A DNA stretch of 63,999 bases, counting the filler, from Dirinaria sp. TL-2023a (lineage: Eukaryota): the NCBI GenBank assembly GCA_051941275.1. It is 3 parts of 3 records of this genome, joined end to end, with 100 filler letters (N's around TTAATTAATTAA, not from the genome) between each part and the next. Parts side by side here need not be neighbours in the genome. Positions count along the whole stretch, not along the records: positions 22,120 to 44,134 come from JAVEBF010000240.1; positions 44,235 to 63,999 come from JAVEBF010000315.1; 1 more part is not named here. One strand, written 5' to 3'. Position 1 is the first letter of the stretch. Each line of letters starts with the position of its first letter. Position numbers and translations under genes: made by a program. Below the pieces are notes generated by a model. The model saw nothing but the letters and a program-made list of their open reading frames with translations. It made no database searches and was not told the DNA's origin. This document shows, one piece after another, positions 35,142 to 45,509 of this stretch.

Positions 35142-38041
35142 TTAGGTAGGACTCCCCCCTTCCTCGACCTTCCTCAAAAACTCCCTAACACGGCCCACTT
35201 CCACTTCCTCCCCCCTCTCGCTATCGACGGCGGCTTTCAGCCCATCGAGCATCAGATCGATTTTCTCTTCCTCCGCCACACCAGTGCACAGGCCGACGAT
35301 GCGCTTCATCTGGGCCTCGAGCCCGGAGCTGCGGGACTCGTACTCCTTGAGCTGCGCCTCCAGGCGGGCGTTCACGCGCTTGTACGCGGCGGTGCGGGCG
35401 TTCAGGACCGGTGCCGAGGGGAGCGCGGCGAGCTGCTCTTTTTGCTGCGGGGTGAAGGTCGTGGGCGACGATGTGGTATTGATGAAGAGCGAGGTGTCGA
35501 CGGTAAGACCGGCGTCTGCGTCGCCGATTTTGATGTCGGTTTTGGGCTGCTGCTGCGGCGCCGCTTCGCCGTTGTTGTTGTTGTTGTTGTTGATGCTGTT
35601 GGCGAGTTTGGCGCGGTGCTCGGCGTTTGCGCGGCGCAGGTTTGCGATCTGGTTCCGGAGGTCCTTGCGAATGTCGGATTTCTGTTGGAGGGCTTCGAGG
35701 CGGCGGCGTTCTTCGTTGAGGAGGGAGGTGGATTCGCGGAGTTTGGCGTGGGTTTGGTCGATGAGGGATTGTTTTTGCTGGAGCTCGGATTTGAAGGACG
35801 TCGAGGTCTCCGTGAAGAGGGTTTGCATTGCTAGTAAGATAGAGAGGTTAGAGGTTACCCGTGATAGAAAAGGAAGATTAGATGAGAAATAGGTCTGGCT
35901 ATGAGAAGAGAATTAGGCTGGGCGACCTACAATCCGTGAAGTCCTGCATGCTTTCTTGGACTTTGCTCGTCGACTGCTTGCTAGATTTCACCATTGAGGC
36001 ACTGGAGTGTTGAATATCCATGGCTTCCGGATCGCCTCCAACACCGAAGTCTATTGGTTTCAGGCCTCCACGATTCGGTATGGTAGGATTTGCGCCAACC
36101 TCGATCAGTTGCTGGATGATGCTCTTGTTGCCCAATCTGGCGGCAAGATTTAGAGCCGTGTCTCCAGACATGTCTGCAGAGTTGACAACCTCGGCCATGA
36201 ACTTGGCTAATCCTATGGATTTCATCTGAGGCTGGCCATTGTGTTCTGGCGCGTTTTGGAATGAGTTGGCCTGGCTGTTCGTGGGGCTCCCTTGGCGAAC
36301 GACAAATTCGAGGATGGACTCCAGGTAGTATCGGCAGGCTGACCCTCTGCCTTTAACTGCTGAAGCTACTGCCAGATGGTGCAAAATTGTACGGCCACGG
36401 CCATCGCGAATCTCCAATGTCGGACCTAGGATCTCCAGAAGTTCAGGAAAGGTGCTGCAGTCCATGTTGTTGGTTGTAAGAGCAGCGCGGATCAACGCAC
36501 TCTCGCCTCCACCATTGACGCGGAACATATTAGCACCTCTCTGAACTAGGGCCCGGACTAGGGATGTGTGCGCCAAAGTTGCCGCCCAATGCAGCGCAGT
36601 ATGCGCGCTCGGATCAATGGGGATATCCAAATCCTCGCCGGATAGACGGTGCAAAGCCGGATGGTGGGAATAGTCCGTATGAGTTGGATCTAGGAATAGA
36701 GAAGTGAGTAGCTGCTGCTTCTCGATTGCCGAGTTGCTTGAAGGCTGCGGCAGGGGTGACAGTCCGCGGTAGACTAGGTCCATCCCAATCTGACTTGGCT
36801 GATGATAGAAGGAGCTAGGTGGCTCCGTTGGATTCAAATCTTGCATAGAGGTGTCCATGCCATCGTAAGTGAAAGGATCTTGCTGGCTTGACTGAGCGAT
36901 CGAGGACCTCATTCTCTTGCGTGGTGGCTCATTAGTATCACTGTTGACAAGTTGCTCATTTGCACTCGCGTAGTACGGACCACTGTGAGCCCTAAGTGCT
37001 GGATCAAGTTGATGACTGGCAAAGCTGTGTTGAGAATGTAAGCTTTGGACGCTCTGCTGACTGCTGCCAGCATAGGCAGATTCTTGACTGCCCATCATCT
37101 GTTGTGATGGTCGCCTTGCTGTATTTGGACGTTTGTTGACGCTGCTAGGTCTTGGAGCAGGTGAATCAAAACGTGCTTTGTTAATCGCGCTAACAGCATT
37201 AGCCGCGGTCTTTGATATGTTCTTGAAGAAAGTTCCATTTGGGGATTGCACAGAGGGTCGATTGTCCAGACCACCACCCAACATGTTCCTCTTCCTTTGA
37301 GCAGCCATGGCTTGTTCTTTCGTAGGTGTCTCGATACTTCCTTGGCCAGCCACCGTCATACCATCTTGTCCCATATCATATTGCAGCAATGGTCGCAACA
37401 GCTCCTCGACGCCATATTGGCGGCAAAACTCGACGCCCCTGTGATAATTGATCCAAGTGCCCTGATATTTACCATAGCCTCCTTGCACTTTCTCATATTC
37501 GCCGGTGAGTATTTCTTTTTCAAGCACCTTGGTCCGCTTTCCTTTGTCGACTCCTGCAACTTTGAGAATTTGCGTCGCGTTCAACCAGGAGTCATTGCGC
37601 CGGCGCATGATAGCGACGCCGTACACCTCCATCTCGTACACAGATACGCCAGAATATACAGCCTGTTCAGTACATATGTCAGAGCAGTGCAAAGGGATTA
37701 TATGTGAGCATGTATCTTACCGTGTAAATCTGGGGGGGGTGGCTCTGATTTTGCGAATCCGAACCGTGTCCGCCATTCACCTCAGCAAAGGTTCTCGGGG
37801 TATCTTGCTGAGAGTGATACCCATTAGGAGGACCAAAGCTAGCGGTGTTGAAGGACATCATATGCGAGGTTCCTCTGGACGCCGGTGGAGTCGGAGTCGG
37901 GGTCGATGCGAGGGATCTCTGATTCTCGAAAGAGTTCAGAGCAGTTTGAGGCATATGGACACCATTCACGGATGTTTCTGTACTATTCTGAGAAAAGGCC
38001 GGAGGAGGATATGGGGGAGAGGCGGCATGAATGGCAGCCAT
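35142..38041 (-). CDS. SWI6: APSES/KilA-N plus ankyrin G1/S transcription factor, Swi6/Cdc10 type (introns 37663-37720 and 35831-35930)
   Basis: AVYSGVSVYEM...WLNATQILKVAGVDKGKRTKVLEKE...KVQGGYGKYQGTW, ankyrin repeats HTALHWAA and GDTALNLAAR, and a C-terminal coiled coil. Confidence 0.88.
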
Positions 38042-38070
38042 GAAGGTTGAGGCCAGTCCCGAGTTTGCGC

Positions 38071-38260
38071 CGCGAAAGGCGAGGAAAGCGGACAGATATG
38101 ATCTTCAATGCGAGCAATGCGCTATACCAGCCCTTCTATCCAAGTATGGGGACCAAGGGAAAACCCAAAATGTCACTCAATGGGGGGATCATCTAGTATC
38201 TTTCCTACTCACCGATCAATGAACGCGTTCCCTCAGCGTCAAGCGGGGTCCAGTCGCGCG
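38071..38260. promoter_or_regulatory. Candidate SCB (CGCGAAA, 38071-38077) and MCB (ACGCGT, 38223-38228) elements in the divergent SWI6/LYR promoter
   Basis: Exact matches to yeast SBF/MBF sites, plus further CGCG cores nearby. Confidence 0.4.
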
Positions 38261-38413
38261 TATTTCTCAAGACGCGGGCTTGGCATTTGCTCAATTTACC
38301 GCTTTAGGCCGTCTCAACATTCCTGCTCATATTAATATTGCTTCGTGTTCCCTCGTCCTGGACTCTCTGTTATCCAGTGCGAAAACAAGAAGGTCCAGAC
38401 ATCCTTTCATCGA

Positions 38414-39571
38414 ATGTGCAAGGCTTTCCGGATCCTGTGTATTCCGCGACTACAGAACCGCAATGTCCGCTCCGGTAACGCAGCGTCACTCTTCCATTCC
38501 AATCAAAGACTATGGAAATCTCTCGGCACGCGATCGCAGCATTGGGACAGGTTATCGAAACTCGGAACACAGCAACAAAAGTACGAGAGACTTAGCACTT
38601 CATGGCGCAAGGGAGACAAGACTGTTCTACATATGATGAGGGCCCTACTCCGCCAAACAACTTATCTACCTGACTCTGCTGCTCGTGAATTCTTTCATCA
38701 TCACATCGTCGACTCTTTTCGTCATTACTGCCCTCGCACACCAAAACAGAGCGACGGCACCTTAATTAAAAAGCCATGGCTCGCGGCTCGTTTCCAGCAG
38801 CGAATGAAGGATGCTCGAAAAGGTTGGAGAACTCTCGTCCGTGCAAATCATGGGTCGCGGAAGCATCTTAGGCAGGTGCTTGAGATGGCATACGGACGGC
38901 GAGGGAAGCAGAAGTATAATTTGATGAGAGACGTTGTGCCCCCTGAACTATCCCAGGATAGTAAAGCCCTTGAAGAGCTCTCATTGATCATCGAGGACCG
39001 TCACAAGAATCTGGAGAGCAAAGAGCCACGTCTGTCGGAGAAGCTGTCTGCCCTCATCCGCGCCCAGAGATTTCAGAAGGACAGCTTGTTTGCGAAGAAA
39101 AACATCAGATCTGCAGAGCCCAGCATCCCAGAACAGAACATCTGGCTACGACCGTTTCCAAAAAAAAGAGAGAAGAACATAAGGAAGCAATGGTATGCTG
39201 AAACCATGGATCGGTTGATGCCCCCATTACCGGAAGCAGATTGGAATAGACTCAAGGATCTTTCTTCGGGAAGGCTCTCGTGGGAAGGGCCCCGCCCACC
39301 TCGGCAGAGGGCCGAAGGGCAATATATGACGGACGAGTACGGGTCAGATTGGGATTCAGATTCGCACGAGCTCACGCCACGGTACATGCGACACATGTGG
39401 GAAAATGTCTTCGTACAGTGTCCAATGATGTGGTGGCACACAGAACGGCAGCGATGGTGGGTTTCTTGGGGTCGGCCCCAGACTGAGACGGCCGTGAGCA
39501 TAGGTGCCGATTTCGATTGTCTTGATGATGGTGCTTTTGAAGGTGTCGACGCGGAGGGAAAGCTCAAGTGA
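38414..39571 (+). CDS. Mitochondrial LYR-motif protein (Cup1-like)
   Basis: Arg-rich presequence-like start, degenerate LYR block HMMRALLRQTTYLPDSAAREFFHHHIVDSFR, and LVRANHG...VLEMAYGRRGK. Confidence 0.7.
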   Translation: MCKAFRILCIPRLQNRNVRSGNAASLFHSNQRLWKSLGTRSQHWDRLSKLGTQQQKYERLSTSWRKGDKTVLHMMRALLRQTTYLPDSAAREFFHHHIVDSFRHYCPRTPKQSDGTLIKKPWLAARFQQRMKDARKGWRTLVRANHGSRKHLRQVLEMAYGRRGKQKYNLMRDVVPPELSQDSKALEELSLIIEDRHKNLESKEPRLSEKLSALIRAQRFQKDSLFAKKNIRSAEPSIPEQNIWLRPFPKKREKNIRKQWYAETMDRLMPPLPEADWNRLKDLSSGRLSWEGPRPPRQRAEGQYMTDEYGSDWDSDSHELTPRYMRHMWENVFVQCPMMWWHTERQRWWVSWGRPQTETAVSIGADFDCLDDGAFEGVDAEGKLK

Positions 39572-40313
39572 GCAGATTATTCCCGCAGAGTCATCAAATT
39601 ACTATCGACGCAAAATTCCTGTCACAGTACATTATCCCAAGGCCCATAAGGATTGAGAAGTGTGAGGACTCGCAAAGAGGCCTCTACGGTACGGTCTCTT
39701 GGCTCAGAGTAAACCAGACGAAGGATTAGCAACAACGCGCGACTTGTTAGACGGAACAACGAGGCAGAAATATTCAATATATTGTGTTTTTTGTAGCAAG
39801 TGTATTCTAGAAATCCCAGCTGGGCCGAGCGGTTAGAGATCCTTTCCTGGTAAAGAAAAGAAGGTCAGCAAGGTAGAGAAGTCGAGCAGTGAAAAGCCAA
39901 ACCACGAGGCATTTGGTCGCTCTTCATGCAGAGTACTTGGATCTATACCTTACCTTGCATATCTCAACTCAGGTAAAGTATTTTAGTCGATGATGAAGGT
40001 AAAGCCTACCTAATGTGGAGGTATTTTGCTTCTGCCTGCCATCACAATGACTCAAGTTCAGCCCTACCGCGTAAAATTGCCATTGGTTTGCGCTCAACCG
40101 AGTCAACTGTTTTTCGACTGAGCGCGCAAAAGCCTTGTCAGACTCTCACCATCCTCGTTTCAGCGTCTCGGCCAAGAGTGCTGTCATAAGACGCCGACAC
40201 TATTGCGATCTTTTCCCGCGCAAAGAAGCACATTTCTTTCGGCACGCGAGCAGCCCAGAGAAACATCTACATTCTGCCTCTCTCGGGTGCAGAGCCAGCA
40301 AACCATCGCCAAA

Positions 40314-41460
40314 ATGTCACTCACAAACTGTCGCTTCTATGAGGAGAAGTACCCCGAAATAGATAGCTTTGTCATGGTGAACGTAAATTCTCTCCGCCGC
40401 CCCAGCTAAGAGCGCAGCTGACATTCCCCCCAGGTCAAACAAGTACGCGCAAGCCTTAGCAATCCTCGAGACGCAATGTTAATCAGGCTCCTAGATCGCA
40501 GAGATGGGTGCTTATGTGAAGCTGCTGGAATACGACAATATAGATGGCATGATCCTACTCTCGGAACTCTCGAGGCGTCGGATACGAAGTATACAAAAGC
40601 TTATTCGGGTGGGGAGGAATGAGGTGGTGGTCGTGCTGAGGGTAGACAAAGAGAAGGGTATACGCGCATCCTAATACGAAGGTGCTCGGTATAATTCCGA
40701 GACTGACGAGGGTAGGATACATTGATTTATCGAAACGAAGGGTATCACCCGAAGACATTGTCAAATGCGAAGAACGATTCAACAAGGGCAAGATGGTGGC
40801 GTCGATAATGCGACATGTGGCCGAAAAGACCAAAACCCCGATGGAGACATTGTATCAGGAGATTGGGTGGCCGCTGAACAAGAAGTATGGACATGCAGTG
40901 GACGCATTTAAGCTATCGATCACGTATGTCTACACCGTACAAATCATTCTCCGCATACGCTGAAAGAAGCCAGAAACCCCGATGTCTGGAAAGAAGTCAC
41001 ATTTCCCAGTGAAGTGGTCAAGAATGAGCTGCAATCCTACATCAGCAAACGTCTCACCCCTCAACCTACCAAAGTCCGCGCGGATGTGGAAGTAACCTGC
41101 TTCGGCTACGAGGGTATCGATGCGGTCAAAAATGCGTTACGCGCAGCAGAAGCCCAAAATACCCCTGATACGCAGGTCAAGGTGAAGCTGGTGTCTCCAC
41201 CGCTTTACGTCTTGACGTCGCAATGCTTGGAGAAGAATACGGGAATCTCGACCCTAGAAATCGCAATTAAAGAGATCGAAGGAAACATCCGGGCGAATGG
41301 AGGAGGGTGTGTGACGAAGATGGCACCGAAGGCTGTGACGGAGAGCGATGATGCGGAGCTGCAGGCGCTGATGGAGAAGAGGGAGCGAGAGAATGCGGAG
41401 GTAAGTGGGGATGAGGAGGAGAGCGAGAGCGATGAAGCGGTTATTACGGGAGACATATGA
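40314..41460 (+). CDS. SUI2: Translation initiation factor eIF2 alpha, including a 9-nt microexon at 40434-40442
   Basis: [31 protein letters not shown] (Ser51 loop), [10 protein letters not shown] and [20 protein letters not shown]. Confidence 0.97.
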
Positions 41461-41588
41461 TCTGTATCCAGATCCAATGTATGAAGGGTCTATGGATACT
41501 GGCTCAGGAGGATGCTTTAGAGAAATTTGCATACCTTACTCTCAATTTTCAAATTGCATGTGAAAATAATCGCATTTCTACTTTCTTC

Positions 41589-41598
41589 GTCACGTGAC
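41589..41598. promoter_or_regulatory. Palindromic E-box GTCACGTGAC upstream of YVC1
   Basis: Perfect 10-bp bHLH palindrome about 230 nt upstream of the ATG. Confidence 0.45.
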
Positions 41599-41826
41599 TG
41601 TGTCAGGGTCCTCGATCGCGCTTTCCCTCCTTAAATACAACCGCGCAGCCAAGCAAACCACGCGTCTTGGCAGCATATCCAAGTTTCCCAGAGCAACTTC
41701 CTCCAAGATGCGATATAATAATAAATCCAATCGAGCCTCTCTGCAGGCTTCTCCCCTGATAGTCTTCTTACCTCCACACTACATTCCGTATTCTGAACCA
41801 TCGGGTGGCAGAACGAAACCACCGAA

Positions 41827-44134
41827 ATGGTCCAATGGAAGAAACTCTTCACAGATGGCCCCAACAACAAGCACCATCTCCGTGACGAGATGCGCCGGCG
41901 TATGCTCTCATTCCTTCTACACCATAGCCCAATGCTTCTTGACTCCAATCCTCCATCCCACCCAATCTCTCCACCTCATAGCTAACGCCTCCCTTCAGTC
42001 CTCCCATCCAACACGGCCGACCTCCCATCCTCCGCCGTCCCCGCACGGACAGTCACAGCAATCGCTCTCCGCCTGCGCTACCAAATAATCTCCGTGATAC
42101 CGTGCGAGCTCGAGGAATGGAAAATCACAAAAGCCAATTCCCCAGTGATAACGCCGAAAGTGGTCCGCACGGCCAAAGAAGCCGGGTTCGTGGGCGGCGG
42201 CGGCGGCGCCAACCCCAACAAGAAAAAAGAAGACGGGGCGTGCGTGATCTACTGCCTGCTGGTGTGCAACCGGTGGTTCCGGCGCCAAGCGCTACTCGAG
42301 CTATGGGACGCGGACCTGCACAACGTGCGCGCCACGGCGTGCGAGGTGCTCGCGAAGCGGATCATCGAGGAGGAAGACGACGAGGGATACCTCCTGGAAT
42401 CGCTGCTCCTGAAACGGTACTCGATCGTCGTGAACGGGTGCGAGACGGAGCCGGCGAACGCTGTCGAGCGCGCCGTCGACCTGCACTGCCTGCGCGTGAT
42501 CGGCAGCAGCGGGTACCAGAAATGCATCTCATACCTGTGGCGGGGATGGCTGGTGCAGGACGACACCGACCCGAGCCGGTTCGTGCCCTACGCGCACAAG
42601 GCCACGACCACCTACTTCGCGCACGTGGACCCGGACCGCATGCGCACGCCCCTGTACCAGAACTGCGTGCAGGTCTTCTTCTCCCTGCTCTTCCTGGCGC
42701 TGTACACGGGGGCCATCAACACGATCAACAGCGGCGGCGACCTGGACATCGTCGAGGGCATCCTGTACCTCATGACCCTCGGCTTCCTGTGCGACGAAGC
42801 GGCCAAGCTGTGGAAGGTGGGGCGGTACTACATCGGGTTCTGGAACGTGTTCAACCTGACCCTCTACGCGCTGCTCGCGACCTCGTTCATCCTCCGCTTA
42901 ATCGCGCTCTCGCACCAACCCGGCGACGCCGTCCGCGTCCACTACAACATCCTGTCGTACAACTTCCTCGCCTTCTCGGCGCCCATGTTCTGGATGCGGC
43001 TGCTGCTGTACCTGGACACGTTCCGCTTTTTCGGCGCCATGCTCGTGGTGCTGAAGGTGATGATGAAGGAATCGCTCATCTTCTTCGCGCTGCTCGTCAT
43101 CGTCATGGTCGGCTTCCTGCAGGCCTTCATCGGCATGGATTCCGTCGACGACGACCGCTGGGTCACCGGGTTTATACTGCAGGCCATGGCCAACGCCGTC
43201 ATGCAGAGCCCCGATTTCGACGGCTTCGAGAAGTTCGCCTGGCCCTTTGGCATCGTGCTGTATTATATCTTCACGTTTGTGGTTATGGTCGGTGAGTTTT
43301 ACATTGCTCAGTGCGATGCAATGAATTGTTAGCCAGATCTCTAACTGAACCCGGGTTCTCTCATGCAGTCCTCCTGAATATCCTCATCGCGCTGTACAAC
43401 AGCGCCTACGAAGACATCACCGACAACGCCATTGACGAGTACATGGCGCTCTTCTCGCAGAAAACGATGCAGTTCGTGCGCGCACCCGACGAGAACGTTT
43501 TCATAGCACGTAAGCAAAAAACATCCTCTCTTTGATTCCATTAACCCTTATCTATCTATCTATTATTTTCTTTCCATCGAGCAAAAATAAAAAAGGCAAA
43601 AAGCAAAAAGCCATGCCACTGCGCACGCCATCCCGTCGTCTATTTTTGCAAACATCGGAAAAAAAGAAAAAGGAAAAAGAAAAAAAGAAAAGAAAAAAGC
43701 CCTAAGCCATAAATAACGCTCCATCATAGAAAAAGTGCTAACGACACAACAACGCCAGCATTCAACCTGATCGAGATCTTCTGCCTCATCCTGCCCTTTG
43801 AATGGTGGATGCCGACGGCCCGCTACGAGCGGCTGAACAACTACGTCATGGCCGTGCTGTACTCGCCGCTGCTGCTCGTGACGGCGTACATTGAGACGCG
43901 GCAGGCGCACGTGGTGCGGCGCAACCGGCGCCAGGGGGAAAGCGACGAAGACACGGTCGAGGAGTGGGAGCAGATGGATGCGGAGATCGATTTCGAGGCC
44001 GAAGGCTGGAGCAAGAAAGTCGAGGAGACGAAGCCGAACGTGGAAACCGACGCTGCGGTGCTGGAGGTAAGAGAGGTGATGACGAAAGTGGAGGAGTTGC
44101 TGCGGAAAGTGGATGAATTGAAGGGGAAGATTGG
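41827..44134 (+). CDS. YVC1: Vacuolar TRP calcium channel Yvc1 (4 exons; stop codon lost in gap)
   Basis: IALRLRYQI...IPCELEE, VIGSSGYQKCISYLWRGW, RFFGAMLVVLKVMMKES, LLNILIALYNSAY and VRAPDENVFIAPFNLIE. Confidence 0.93.
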
Positions 44135-44234
44135 NNNNNNNNNNNNNNNNNNNNNNNNNNNNNNNNNNNNNNNNNNNNTTAATTAATTAANNNNNNNNNN
44201 NNNNNNNNNNNNNNNNNNNNNNNNNNNNNNNNNN
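44135..44234. other. Assembly linker 44N-TTAATTAATTAA-44N
   Basis: Exactly 100 nt, with the spacer at 44179-44190. Confidence 0.97.
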
Positions 44235-44562
44235 TCATCTAAATCAAAATGAATATCAACTACTCGATTTATGAGAGACTGCTCTTTTGATCAAAAAAAT
44301 TATTTCTCGAAATTCAATTTCATCAGATTATTCGTGTCGTCAAAAATGTTTTTGTCTCGCTTTCGAAAAAATCAAAATAACTCAATTACGTTTGGAATTA
44401 TATAATCAGCGCTGATATCTCATCGCGCGAGAATAATCATATATCAATATAAAAATTTGAGTTCAATTTTTCGAAAAAAGAAATAATTGTAACGATTTTA
44501 AAAAAATTTGATCTCAAAAACGTCGCACGAAATCTCGTCTGTTTGAAAAACGAGATAATTTT
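44235..44562. mobile_element. AT-rich, heavily mutated (RIP-like) repeat relic
   Basis: Very AT-rich, no ORF, at a contig end. By hand count: 0 CC, 1 GG and ~18 CG dinucleotides. Confidence 0.65.
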
Positions 44563-44852
44563 TGTCAAAGACCCAACCTTGGTTAGATAGGTTTCCCAAT
44601 GGTAAAAGTCCCGGCAGCGCCAAAAGACTAACTAAACCAAGTCAAAGGACTTGGTGCCTATCTTACTACTTGGTTTTGTTTCCAGGGTCGTAACAAAGAA
44701 GAGAAGCTAGATACAATGGGGGGTCCCGGGTATATATGCGTGTGTGCGGGTGTGCGGGTGTCGGGTAAACACCCCGATCGGGTTAGCGCATTACCCCTGA
44801 GAACCCTGGGAGGTGTTGCCCCAGGTAGTATACCAGGTGCATGCTCGTAACA
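44563..44852 (-). mobile_element. Solo-LTR-like element (or two nested LTR fragments)
   Basis: Minus strand reads TGTTACG...TATATA...TTTGACA over ~290 bp with TG/CA ends. An internal second TGTTACG lies at 44689-44695. No target-site duplication was found. Confidence 0.55.
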
Positions 44853-45049
44853 CTCATTAGCAAAAATCGTCGTCCGCGTTCACGCGGCGTGTCTGTGCCT
44901 CGTCTGTAGCTTCGTTTCTACTACGCAGCTCCTCTAAACGAGGCCCTTCACCTCACAATTCTGATTGACTGAAAATATTTCGAATCGATTTTGTTTCGAG
45001 TTTTTATTTGAAACCTGTCTGTAGATTGATAGAAATATCAGAACAAAAA

Positions 45050-45151
45050 ATGAGTTACTCATGAGTTAACCCAACTCAACCCACCCCATTTAAGTTGGGT
45101 TCCTAGGTGGAAACCCAACCCATAACCCAATCCAACCCATTCCGCGGAGTA
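45050..45151. repeat. AACCC/GGGTT-rich array resembling a DNA-transposon subterminal region
   Basis: Multiple AACCC(A) units and inverted GGGTT units, with degenerate AACTC/GAGTT variants toward the left. Confidence 0.45.
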
Positions 45152-45509
45152 GATGAGATCGGTGTGTAGATGCCACCTTGGCAACATTCTACACGCTAAA
45201 TCCCTTCATTATGCCCCAGCTGAGTGCTCATTGAATCTTGGAAGGAGCATAAGTTCATTGAAGCCTTCGAGATGATGAGTGGATCGACGACCGTTGCCGC
45301 TAAACCCGATAACACTTTTATCATCCATGAGATCGTTCTTGAGCCATATTCTGTTCTGTTAAGAAAGCATTATATTGATTTTTCTCTATCTACTTGTTGA
45401 TTGTTCATCCTACCTCATGCTTTAAATCAATGGGGATGTCACTCAAGGAGATCGATTCGTTTGCTCAGTTCACTATAGATTCCGCTCGTGATGGGCTTTG
45501 TGCTCATCC

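Noticed and set aside
39815..39860. tRNA A-box-like CCAGCTGGGCCGAGCGGTTA
   Set aside because: No T-arm (GTTCRA) or acceptor stem follows.
42102..43295. 397-aa alternative-frame ORF over YVC1, and similar shadow ORFs over LAT1 and SWI6
   Set aside because: Expected by-product of extreme GC3. The translations are Arg/Pro/Gly-rich with no recognisable motifs.
45066..45140. Possible telomere repeat
   Set aside because: Not a regular (CCCTAA)n array; the units occur in both orientations and the site is internal.
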